The position numbers and the translations under genes were made by a program. The notes below the pieces were generated by a model. The model was not told where the DNA came from and ran no database searches. It saw nothing but the letters and a program-made list of their open reading frames with translations. A stretch of 64,000 bases of DNA from Longimicrobiales bacterium (GTDB lineage Bacteria > Gemmatimonadota > Gemmatimonadetes > Longimicrobiales > Gaopeijiaceae): positions 1,920,001-1,984,000 of the forward strand of contig OZ241892.1 of the NCBI GenBank assembly GCA_965203485.1. The letters are read 5' to 3'. Positions 9,801-17,735 of this stretch are shown here, one piece after another (the stretch's first letter is position 1; each line of letters starts with the position of its first letter).

Positions 9801-10523
9801 ATCGACATGACGCACGCCATCGACGGGTACCCGGGCATCGAGCACAACCTCCCGATCACGCCGATCTACTCGGACGTGGTGGAGCTGTTCAAGGCGTCGG
9901 GCACGACCAACTCGCCCACGTTGCTCGTGTCCTACGGCGGGCCGTTCGGCGAAAACTGGTTCTACGCCACCGAAGACGTGCACGACGATCCGAAGTTGAA
10001 CGTCTTCGTGCCGCGCGAAAACATCGACGCCCGGACCCGGAGACGCGGACCCGGCGCTGGAGGAAGTCCGGGAGGAGCGGGCTGGTTCCTCGAGGAGGAG
10101 CACGTCTTCCCCCGTCACGCCGAGTTCGTCAAGCAAATGCTCGAGGACAGCGCGCGGGTGGCGGTCGGCAGCCACGGCCAGCTTCAGGGGCTCGGGTATC
10201 ACTGGGAGCTCTGGGCGATGGCGGCCGGGGGCGCGTCGAATCACGACATGCTGCGAGCCGCCACGATCCTCGGCGCGGAAGCGATCGGCTTCGGCGACCA
10301 GATCGGGAGCATCGAGAAGGACAAGTTCGCCGACATCGTGGTGCTCAACGGCAACCCGCTGGACGACCTGCGCAACTCCGCCGACATCCGCTACGTCATG
10401 AAGGACGGACGCCTCTACGACGGCGCGACTCTGGACGAAGTGTACCCGGAGCCCCGGACGCTGGAGCGGCAACGCCCCCCGGAAGCGCACGCGACCGAGG
10501 TTTCGAGCGGCATCCGCCGATAG
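6798..10523 (+). CDS. Secreted amidohydrolase with PD40 repeats and an acidic helical insertion, paralog 2
   Basis: ATGA overlap with paralog 1; signal peptide; EGTWISLDVSPDG; PGYVDTHYH; GSHGQLQGLGYHWE. The ORF-track start at 3291 is an artefact. Confidence 0.9.
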   Translation: MSGGEGRAWTRKAAALAVLAAACWPAAGEAQGPRRSENPLPLRADRTAEFTATEGTWISLDVSPDGQTIVFDLLGDLYTVPVGGGEASPLLVGMAYETQPRFSPDGETVAFVSDRSGGDNLWTMRLDKTDTTQVSRGNGNLFLSPEWAPDGDYIAVSRSPGLGGSAKLFLYHAERGSPLAVGNHAGTVKMIGAAFSPDGRHVWYARSFGDWEYNAVLPRYQLARYDRETGTTTTATNRYGSAMRPAVSPDGRWLVYATRYDADTGLRKRDLESGDEEWLAYPVQRDEQESRAPLDVMPGYAFLPDGSAIVVSYGGKIWNVPMDGSDPAEVAFEAPVELAVGPEVKFGYQFDTTAMVTASQIRNPVASPDGSRVAFTAFDRVWTKSMDDADAEAQRLTEADVGEFHPQWSPDGRWIAYATWDDSDGGHLMKAPAGGGAPVRLTAAAALYYNVAWSPGGDRIVASRGAARQLKEASGAFFGPLGGEFVWVPSEGAAPVEATLISPTGLRDAAHFVQDDPDRIYAYSPVEGLVSFRWDGTDVERHLVVRGRQGLAGIGDPHGDAWEYLPRRVFPWRKRPAGTGTPADGDVDPPAEPGGIAPAGLIMASPQGGRAFVQIGRDVYVVELAELGESPPTVNLVNLGASPLPVRKLTGIGGEFPSWAADGGSVHWAMGAVLFSYDLQEVEAEEAEEEETAHARALLRVRAAAVSDTLEDKRAEADSLEKAGEDVPEELEDEIRRLAADSVQVGADSLAARADSIRMAAEELAEKAAAVRDGDDEALADSTETYEARERKIEAKMPRDVPRGTIALRGGRVVTMASPPEGDSTGEPHVIENGVVVVEDNRIVAVGPADSVEIPDSAQVVDVSGKTLAPGYVDTHYHAQWLVPEIHPEEVWQYLSTLSYGVTTTRDPQTASTDILSYADRVNTGGMTGPRIYSTGPGVFLGENIRDADHAKSVLRRYAQYFDTKTIKMYMTGNRQQRQWIIQAARELELMPTTEGGLDFKIDMTHAIDGYPGIEHNLPITPIYSDVVELFKASGTTNSPTLLVSYGGPFGENWFYATEDVHDDPKLNVFVPRENIDARTRRRGPGAGGSPGGAGWFLEEEHVFPRHAEFVKQMLEDSARVAVGSHGQLQGLGYHWELWAMAAGGASNHDMLRAATILGAEAIGFGDQIGSIEKDKFADIVVLNGNPLDDLRNSADIRYVMKDGRLYDGATLDEVYPEPRTLERQRPPEAHATEVSSGIRR

Positions 10524-10572
10524 GCTCGAAACCCGTGGCGGCCCGGCGCCGACGAGCGAGAGGACGAACACG

Positions 10573-11409
10573 GTGAACCTGCCCCAACCGCAGCCCGGCG
10601 AGAACGGAGGAATGCGCGGCAAGCGCGCAACGGGCTATCCCGTCTCGGAAGAGGCGTTGCCGCCCCACGACATGAGGTCGGGGAGATACCGGCTCACCTT
10701 CGCGCGCTCCATGGAGCAGGTGCGAGCCCTGCAGCGGCTTCGCTTCGAGGTCTTCAACCTGGAGCTCGGGGAGGGGCTGAAGGAGTCGTTCGCGTCCGGG
10801 CTGGACGAGGACGACCTCGACGAGGCGCTGCACCACATCCTCATCATGGACGACCGCGCCGGGGAAGCCGTGGGCACCTACCGGATGCAGACAGCGGCGA
10901 TGGCGGCGGCGAACTGCGGCTTCTACTCGGCGCGCGAGTTCGACATTTCGGGGTTCCCGCTGTCGGTCGTGGACGACGCCGTGGAAGTGGGCCGGGCCTG
11001 CATCGCCAAGGACCATCGCAACCGAAGGGTCCTGCACTTGCTGTGGCGCGGCTTGGCGCGCTATTTGACATGGACGCGCAAGCACCACCTGTTCGGCTGC
11101 TGTTCGCTCAACACGCAGGACGGCCACGTGGGCAACCTCGTCCATGCGCGGTTGGTCGAGGAGGGACACCTTCACCCGACGGCGCTCGCCTGGCCCTTGC
11201 CGGGCTTCGAATGCGGACTTCACGGCCACCGCACCGACATGGCGGAGGACGCGACCAAGATCCCGCCGCTGTTCGCGAGCTACCTCAACCTGGGCGCCAA
11301 GATCTGCGGGCCGCCCGCAGTGGACCGAGAGTTCGGCACGATCGACTTCCTGGTCGTGCTGGACATCCGCGAACTCGAGACGCATGTCCGGCGCAGCTTC
11401 TTCCGTTAG
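10573..11409 (+). CDS. GNAT-family N-acyltransferase (OlsB-like, N-acyl amino acid synthase)
   Basis: LRFEVFNLELGEG, LDEDDLD..HILI, VGTYRM, FYSAREFD, EVGRACI, LWRGLARY, LFGCCS, IPPLFASYLNLGAKICGPPAVDREFGTIDF. Start uncertain. Confidence 0.88.
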   Translation: MNLPQPQPGENGGMRGKRATGYPVSEEALPPHDMRSGRYRLTFARSMEQVRALQRLRFEVFNLELGEGLKESFASGLDEDDLDEALHHILIMDDRAGEAVGTYRMQTAAMAAANCGFYSAREFDISGFPLSVVDDAVEVGRACIAKDHRNRRVLHLLWRGLARYLTWTRKHHLFGCCSLNTQDGHVGNLVHARLVEEGHLHPTALAWPLPGFECGLHGHRTDMAEDATKIPPLFASYLNLGAKICGPPAVDREFGTIDFLVVLDIRELETHVRRSFFR

Positions 11410-12163
11410 GGCCGCGCTTCGAGTTCCGGCGCTCTTCGCGTGGACCGCCTCGGCGGCCGCGGCGCTTGCGGCCGCATGGTTTCCGACGCTGGCGGCGCGC
11501 TCCGGCCCAGCGAGGCGAGCGCGCGTCCGCCGGGCAGTGCATCGCGCGTGGGGACGCGGCGCGCTGGCCATCCTCGGCGTGCGGGTCGAGCGGTCGGGCA
11601 CGCCTCCGCCCGCTGGCCACTTGGTGGTGTCGAACCACTTGAGCTACCTGGACATCATCGTGCTGGGCTCGCTGCTGCCGGTCGTCTTCGTCTCGAAGTC
11701 GGAGGTGCGGAACTGGCCGTTCGTGGGACTGGTCGCCACGATGGCCGGGACGATCTACATCGACCGGAGCCGCAAGCGCGACGCCCTGCGCGTGCTGGCG
11801 AAGATGCAGACGGCGCTCGACCGGGGCGACGCCGTGGTGATCTTCCCCGAGGCCACCAGCACGGACGGCGCCACGATCCTGCCGTTCCGCTCTTCCCTGC
11901 TCGCCGGCGCGGCCCGGGCCGGCACGCCCGTGCGGTGGCTCACGCTGTCCTACCGAACCCCGCCCGGCGCCCCTGCCGCCCGCGACCGCGTGTGCTGGTG
12001 GGGAGACGCCGGCTTCACGGGGCACTTCCTGAGGCTGTGCGGGCTTCCGCGCATTGCCTGCACCGTGCACTTCGGCGAGTCGGCCGTTCGCGCCGACGAC
12101 CGCAAGGCGCTGGGCATGCGTCTTCGCGACGCCATGATGCGGAAGTTCCAGCCCGTTGCCTGA
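11384..12163 (+). CDS. Lysophospholipid acyltransferase family (PlsC/OlsA-like)
   Basis: NHLSYLD (HX4D), FVSKSEV, GTIYIDR, IFPEATS, ILPFRSSL, VCWWGD. Confidence 0.88.
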   Translation: MSGAASSVRAALRVPALFAWTASAAAALAAAWFPTLAARSGPARRARVRRAVHRAWGRGALAILGVRVERSGTPPPAGHLVVSNHLSYLDIIVLGSLLPVVFVSKSEVRNWPFVGLVATMAGTIYIDRSRKRDALRVLAKMQTALDRGDAVVIFPEATSTDGATILPFRSSLLAGAARAGTPVRWLTLSYRTPPGAPAARDRVCWWGDAGFTGHFLRLCGLPRIACTVHFGESAVRADDRKALGMRLRDAMMRKFQPVA

Positions 12164-12689
12164 CGGCCCCGGCGGGCAGATCGCATCGAATCTGGCCCTG
12201 CTCGACCAGGCGGAGGCCGCGATCGAGAGGCTGGCCGACGGCTTGGCCGCGCCCTCGGCGATCGGGCGGGCGACGGCGGGCGCTCACTTCCGCCACGTCT
12301 TCGACCATTACCGGTGCCTTCTCGTCGGTCTAGCGTCCGGCCGAGTCGACTACCACGAACGCCAGCGCGACCAAGGCGTCGAGTCCGATCCGGAGCGCGC
12401 GCTCGAGGCGTGCCGGGCTTGCCGCGAAGCGCTGTTGCGGGACGCGCCGAGCCGCCTGGACGACGCGATCCGGGTCCGCACCGGCGCCGATCCCGCGCGG
12501 AAGGACTGGGCAACCACCAGCGTCAGGCGGGAACTCGCGTTCTGCGCGAGCCACACGCTGCATCATCTTGCCATCGTCACGATGATCGCCCGCGAGAGAG
12601 GCGTGGACCTCGACGAGACGCTGGGGGTGGCGCCCTCCACGGCCGCGCATCGCAACGCAAGACCGGTCGCCGCGGCAACGGACCGCTGA
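12156..12689 (+). CDS. DinB-family protein
   Basis: GAHFRHVFDHY, VDYHERQRD, RELAFCASHTLHHLA (metal-binding His triad), GVAPST tail. Confidence 0.85.
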   Translation: MPDGPGGQIASNLALLDQAEAAIERLADGLAAPSAIGRATAGAHFRHVFDHYRCLLVGLASGRVDYHERQRDQGVESDPERALEACRACREALLRDAPSRLDDAIRVRTGADPARKDWATTSVRRELAFCASHTLHHLAIVTMIARERGVDLDETLGVAPSTAAHRNARPVAAATDR

Positions 12690-12690
12690 C

Positions 12691-13485
12691 TTGTGCACCA
12701 TCAGCTGGCTTCCCGCACCGGACGGCTACCGGGTGTGGATGAACCGAGACGAAGCGCGCACGCGGCCGCGGGCTCGGGCGCCGCGCGTCTTGCGGCTGCC
12801 CGCCGGCCCGGCCGTGGCGCCGCGCGACCCTCGCGGAGGCGGGTCCTGGATCGGGACGACCGCGGCGGGCATGACGCTGGCCCTGGCCAACGCCTATCCC
12901 GCGCCCGCGCCGCCCGCCCCGAAGGCGCCGGTGTCGCGGGGCCTCCTGCTGATGGAGGCGCTGGAGCGCGCGGGCGGCGCGGCGGTTCGGCGCTGGATGG
13001 GCGCGAAGGACCTCTCGCCTTACCCGCCCTTTAGCATCTCCGTCTTCGAGCCGGGTGCGCCAGCCGCGACCCTGGGCTGGGACGGCCGCCGGGTGTCGGA
13101 GAGGCGGACGGACGAAGCCGGCCTCGTCGCGACTTCGTCTTCTTGGCGCCCGGCCGAGGTGGCCCGGACGCGGGCGGCCGTCTTCAGGATGTGGGCGCAG
13201 GAGCACGGAGGGTTCTCCTCGGCCGCGCTGGACCGCCTGCACGCGAGCCGCGAGCCCGCGCCCGGCCCGCACGCCGTGTCGATGGAGCGGCGCGACGCGT
13301 GCACGGCCAGCTTGAGCGTCGTCGAGGTTTCCGCGTCGACCGTCCGGTTCTGGTACGTGGACGGGCCGCCGCACTGCACCGCGGCCGGGCCGCCGGGCTC
13401 GCTGCCGCGAAGGAGGGCCGCCGCAGACGGGCCGACGGCAACCATGCGAGCCAGCCGCCGCCCGGTCCTGGTCGGCCGTCGATAG
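12691..13485 (+). CDS. NRDE/TANGO2-family protein (Ntn-hydrolase-like fold)
   Basis: N-terminal M-C-T, NRDE motif, DPRGGGSWIG, VSRGLL; TTG start 1 nt after the DinB stop. Confidence 0.88.
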   Translation: MCTISWLPAPDGYRVWMNRDEARTRPRARAPRVLRLPAGPAVAPRDPRGGGSWIGTTAAGMTLALANAYPAPAPPAPKAPVSRGLLLMEALERAGGAAVRRWMGAKDLSPYPPFSISVFEPGAPAATLGWDGRRVSERRTDEAGLVATSSSWRPAEVARTRAAVFRMWAQEHGGFSSAALDRLHASREPAPGPHAVSMERRDACTASLSVVEVSASTVRFWYVDGPPHCTAAGPPGSLPRRRAAADGPTATMRASRRPVLVGRR

Positions 13486-13512
13486 CGCTCTCGGACGAAG
13501 CGCGCCAAGCCG

Positions 13513-16284
13513 ATGCGCAAGGACGGCGACGGGCACGCCGTGGCCCCGCCAAGCCGACGCCCCGCGACCGGCGCGCGAAGGCGCGCCAAGCGCTGCCTTC
13601 TGCTGGGCTACCTCGTGCTCTTGGGCGCGTCCCACGTCGTCCGCTGGCCCTCCGCCGAGCCCCAGCCGCGCCCAGACCAGCGGGTGCGGCAAGTGGAAGG
13701 GCATCCGGCCACCGGCTTGCCCGTCGACATCGCCTACCGGCAGTGGGCGCCGCCGGACTCGGCTTCGGCGGCAGGACGCCCGATTCTGCTCGTTCACGGC
13801 AGTCCCGGCTCGGGATCCGCCTTCGCGGCGCTGGGTCCGCTCCTCGGCGAGCGGCGGCGAACGCTGGCGCCGGACCTGCCCGGGTTCGGCGCGTCCACGC
13901 GGAGCGTGCCCGACTACTCGATCCGCGCGCACGCGGCCGTCGTCCTCCAATGGCTCGACTCGCTCGACGTCGGCCAAGTCCACGCCGTCGGCTTTTCCCT
14001 GGGCGGCGGCGTGGCCCTCGAGATGCACCGGGCCGATCCCGCGCGCATCGCCTCGCTCACGCTGCTCTCGGCCACCGCGGCCCAGGAGTTCGAGCTGCTC
14101 GGCGACTACTACCTCAACCACGCCGTGCACGGCCTCCAGCTCGCGGCCCTCTGGTCCCTTCGCGAGCTGCTGCCGCACTTCGGCGTCCTGGACGGCGGCT
14201 TCCTCACGCACGCCTACGCCCGCAACTTCTACGACACCGACCAGCGCCCGTTGCGCGACATCCTGTCCGGCTACCCCGGTCCCGTCCTCGTCGTCCACGG
14301 CGAACACGATCCGCTGGTTCCCGCCGAGGCCGCGCGCGAGCACCACCGCATCGCGCCTCAGTCCGAGCTGGTCATGTTGTTCGACGCGGATCACTTCATG
14401 GCCTTCCGGTCCCCCCGCCGCGTAGGACCTCCGATCCTGGACTTCGTCGACCGGGCCGAGGCCGGCGCTGCCGTCGCGCGGGCCGCGGCCGACCCCGAGC
14501 GCGTCCGCGCCGCCGAGGCGCCGATCGGTCCCCTGCCCGCCGTGTCGGGCTTGGCGCTGGCCACCACGCTTCTGCTGATCGCGCTGGCGACGTTCGTGTC
14601 CGAGGACTTGGCGTGCATCGGCGCGGGCCTGCTGGTGGCACGAGGTTCCCTGCCCTGGTTGCCCGGTGTCGGCGCGTGCTTCGTCGGCATCTTCCTGGGC
14701 GACCTGCTCCTGTACGCGGCGGGACGCCTCGCAGGCTCGACGGTCGTGAAGGCCGCGCCGCTCAAGTGGTTCGTGCACCCGGAAGACCTGGTGCGGTCGG
14801 GCCGCTGGTTCACCGAACGGGGGTCCGCGCTCGTGATGTGGGGGCGCTTCGTGCCGGGCACGCGGTTGCCGACGTACGTGGGCGCGGGCGTGCTGCGCGT
14901 CTCCTTGGCGCGATTCGCTTTGTGGGCGCTCGTCGCCGCCGCGCTGTGGACTCCGTTGCTCGTGGGCGCTTCCACCCTCTTCGGGACCGCCTCGGCCACT
15001 TGGTTCCAGGAGTTCCGCGAGAGGGCGTTCCCCTGGCTGGCGGTGACCGCCGTGGCAGCGCTGCTCGCGTTCCGGACGGTGGCGGCCCTCTCGAGCAAGG
15101 CGTCGCGCGCTCGTCTCGCCGCCCGCTGGGACCGCCTGCGCCGGTGGGAGTTCTGGCCCGCATGGGCGTTCTACGCGCCGCTGGCCGCTTGGGTGGCGTG
15201 GCTGATGCTTCGCCACCGGTCGCCGACGCTGTTCACCGCCGCCAATCCCGGGTTTCCGCACGGCGGACTGGTCGGCGAGTCCAAAGCCCAGATCCTGGCG
15301 TCGTTCGCCGCGCAGGAGCGCGTGGCCGAGACGTGGTTGCTGGACCCCCGCGACGGAACGCCCGCGCGTCTAGTGGCTGGAACCCCCGCGGCCGAAGCGG
15401 GGCGCACGGCGGCCACACCCCGTCTGGACGGGTTGGGCCAGCACATGGGTCTTCCCGCTGGCGAAGGTGCGAGCGCAACGCGGGCCGGCCCGGCGGACTC
15501 CGGCGAGGCGAGCGAACGCGCGGCGGACGGACCATGGACGTTCCCCTTGGTGGTCAAACCGGACGTGGGAGAGCGCGGCGCGGGCGTCTCCGTGGTGCGG
15601 AGCCAAGCCGAACTCGAACGCGACTTGGCGTCCAGGCGCTCGCGCGTCCTGCTGCAAGCGTACGTGCCGGGCGATGAACTCGGCATCTTCTACTACCGCA
15701 TGCCCGGCGAGACGCGCGGCCACGTCTTCGGGATCACCGAGAAGCGCCTTCCGGCCGTGACCGGCGACGGGCGCAGCGCCGTAGGCGATCTCATCTGCCG
15801 CGACCCCCGCCTCCGCTGCCAGGAGCGCACCCTTCGCCGCGGCCTGGGCGAGAGGGCGAACTACGTCCCCGCCGCAGGGGAGACCGTCGCGGTGGGCCAA
15901 CTGGGCAACCACTGCTTGGGTTGCGAGTTCCTCGACGGCGCTCGCCTGGGCACGCCCGCTCTCGCGGCCGCCGTCGACCAAGTCAGCCGCGGCGTGCCCG
16001 GCTTCCACATCGGACGCTACGACGTCCGAGGCGACCTGGACGACATGCGCGCCGGCCGCTTCCGCGTCATTGAACTCAACGGCGTATCGTCCGACGCCAC
16101 CAACGTGTACGACCCCCGCAACTCGCTGCGCACCGCCTACCGCACGCTGTCGCGCCAGTGGGCGATCGCCTTCCGCATCGCCGCCGCCAACCGCCGCCGG
16201 GGCCATCCGCCCTCCGGTCTCCTCGCCGTGCTCGCCTCCCTGGCCCGCCACTTCCGCCCGTCCGGCGCGAGGTGGGCGCCGTGA
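13513..16284 (+). CDS. Fusion of alpha/beta hydrolase, DedA/VTT membrane domain and ATP-grasp ligase-like domain
   Basis: LLVHGSPG, APDLPGFG, GFSLGG nucleophile elbow, HGEHDPLVP, DHF; then ATFVSEDLACI, GDLLLY, GRFVPGTRLPTY; then RWEFWP, FTAANPG..GG.VGESK, VVKPDVGERGAGV, LQAYVPG, GRYDVR, IELNGV. Confidence 0.85.
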   Translation: MRKDGDGHAVAPPSRRPATGARRRAKRCLLLGYLVLLGASHVVRWPSAEPQPRPDQRVRQVEGHPATGLPVDIAYRQWAPPDSASAAGRPILLVHGSPGSGSAFAALGPLLGERRRTLAPDLPGFGASTRSVPDYSIRAHAAVVLQWLDSLDVGQVHAVGFSLGGGVALEMHRADPARIASLTLLSATAAQEFELLGDYYLNHAVHGLQLAALWSLRELLPHFGVLDGGFLTHAYARNFYDTDQRPLRDILSGYPGPVLVVHGEHDPLVPAEAAREHHRIAPQSELVMLFDADHFMAFRSPRRVGPPILDFVDRAEAGAAVARAAADPERVRAAEAPIGPLPAVSGLALATTLLLIALATFVSEDLACIGAGLLVARGSLPWLPGVGACFVGIFLGDLLLYAAGRLAGSTVVKAAPLKWFVHPEDLVRSGRWFTERGSALVMWGRFVPGTRLPTYVGAGVLRVSLARFALWALVAAALWTPLLVGASTLFGTASATWFQEFRERAFPWLAVTAVAALLAFRTVAALSSKASRARLAARWDRLRRWEFWPAWAFYAPLAAWVAWLMLRHRSPTLFTAANPGFPHGGLVGESKAQILASFAAQERVAETWLLDPRDGTPARLVAGTPAAEAGRTAATPRLDGLGQHMGLPAGEGASATRAGPADSGEASERAADGPWTFPLVVKPDVGERGAGVSVVRSQAELERDLASRRSRVLLQAYVPGDELGIFYYRMPGETRGHVFGITEKRLPAVTGDGRSAVGDLICRDPRLRCQERTLRRGLGERANYVPAAGETVAVGQLGNHCLGCEFLDGARLGTPALAAAVDQVSRGVPGFHIGRYDVRGDLDDMRAGRFRVIELNGVSSDATNVYDPRNSLRTAYRTLSRQWAIAFRIAAANRRRGHPPSGLLAVLASLARHFRPSGARWAP

Positions 16285-16415
16285 GGACGGCCGGCGGAGC
16301 GACAAGCGCGGCCGGTCCCACACCCACGCGCCGGCAGCCGATCTCTCCCCTAGGCTCCACTTGCCCGCTGGGCTCGACGCGGCCCTCACGTCCCGGTAGA
16401 CCGTCTTCCATGAGG

Positions 16416-16430
16416 CGGCACGGGTTGTGC
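16416..16430 (+). promoter_or_regulatory. Possible sigma-54 (-24/-12) promoter upstream of the lipoprotein/TonB-receptor operon
   Basis: CGGCACGGGTTGTGC keeps the GG-N10-GC spacing of the TGGCACGNNNNTTGC consensus, 160 nt before the ATG at 16591. Confidence 0.3.
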
Positions 16431-16590
16431 GCGGGAGTGCTCGCACACCTCGCTTCGGCACCGGCGCCCGGCCGCGGGAACTTTCTCGCGGGCTCTGGTG
16501 CAGCAGGGGGTACGGGCGGAGATTGCGCCGGGGAATCTCTCGGCTCCGCCCGTGCGGCAATCCATCGATCAATCCAAGGAGAGCAGCAAC

Positions 16591-17724
16591 ATGAAGTACG
16601 CGAAGCTGAGCATTCTCGCGGCCGCCGTGCTGGCGGCGGCCTGCGACGAGGCCGCGCGCCCCGTCGCTCCGTACGACCCGGCCGAGCCCACGCTGGCGGA
16701 CGCCGACCTCCCCGAGCTGGCCTAGGCCGTCTCGAAGGGGCTGGCCGAGCCCGCCGCCCGCCGGAGCATCCTGGCGGCGATGCGCGCGTCGCGCGCCGTC
16801 GAGCACCGGCTGATCCTGGCCGACTACCTGCGCAGCCCCGAGGGCGCCGGCTTGCTGGCCGGAGCCTCGCAGGCGTTCGGCGGCGGCGGCGGCGAGTTGC
16901 TGGCGCGCGTGGACAGGCTCCGGCAGGTGGCTGAAGTGGTCATCGCCGTTCCTCTGCGCGAGCACCGGCTCAACTGGCGTGGCTCCGCCGACGTCGGCGT
17001 CGCTGGCGCGTGGGACTCGGACGCGCTGGGATTCGTCGTGCACGAGCCCGGCGGCGGCAAGCGGAAGGCCGGGACGGTGGAGGCGCTCGAGGGCTACGAC
17101 GCCTTCTTCCTGATCCGGCCGCAGGAGAGCTGGGGCACGCGGATCGGCCGCCAGCCGGAGGGTCCGGGCCCGGTGATTCAGGACCCTGGCGACGGCGAGC
17201 ACGCGGTCGTGTGGACCTACGAGGAGGAGGGCAAGCCGCCGGTGTCGGTGGACTACGGGCTGTACGACTCGGACGAAGCGCTGGAAGCGGCCATCGCGAC
17301 GGCCGCGGGCTTGCCTATGGTGGCGGCTTGCGATGGCCGAGCGGGCGGTTGCACGGGGGGTGGTGGCGGCAGGACTGATTCCCTGCCGGGCACGTACCTG
17401 AAGAGGCTTCAGTTGCTCGTCCCTGGCGACAACGTCGGAACTGCTGAGGTCGAGGTCACGGTCGGCTACCGTATCCCACGGGGATCCCATGTTCGCGGAA
17501 CAGTCCGCAAGACGGGGATAAGGATGGGGAGGATATACGAGTTCAACCAGTTCGTCCTCACCGATATTCCACGTCCCGGTGGGCTATTGTTCTATGCGAG
17601 AGCAGTGGAAACCGATCCTTGGTGGGCCGGCGGCGACGACGACCTCGGTTACGCTCGCTTCGGTCATGCAGAGGGAGGGGTCGACCTGCACCTCCGCAAG
17701 ATCAACATCTCGCTCAGCTGGTAG
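16591..17724 (+). pseudogene. Lipoprotein interrupted by an in-frame TAG
   Basis: AAGGAG RBS, then MKYAKLSILAAAVLAAAC lipoprotein signal. TAG at 16723-16725; the same frame stays open (AVSKGLAEPAARRSILAAMRASR...) to 17724. Confidence 0.75.
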
Positions 17725-17735
17725 GAGGCGGAGCA

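Noticed and set aside
3291..10523. 2410-aa giant ORF
   Set aside because: The first ~1170 aa are an Arg/Gly-rich off-frame shadow of the real gene 3427-6801. The real second gene starts at 6798.
16723..16725. Amber recoding (pyrrolysine or readthrough) in the lipoprotein
   Set aside because: No pyl machinery is visible, TAG is a normal stop in many genes here, and the next gene is also broken.
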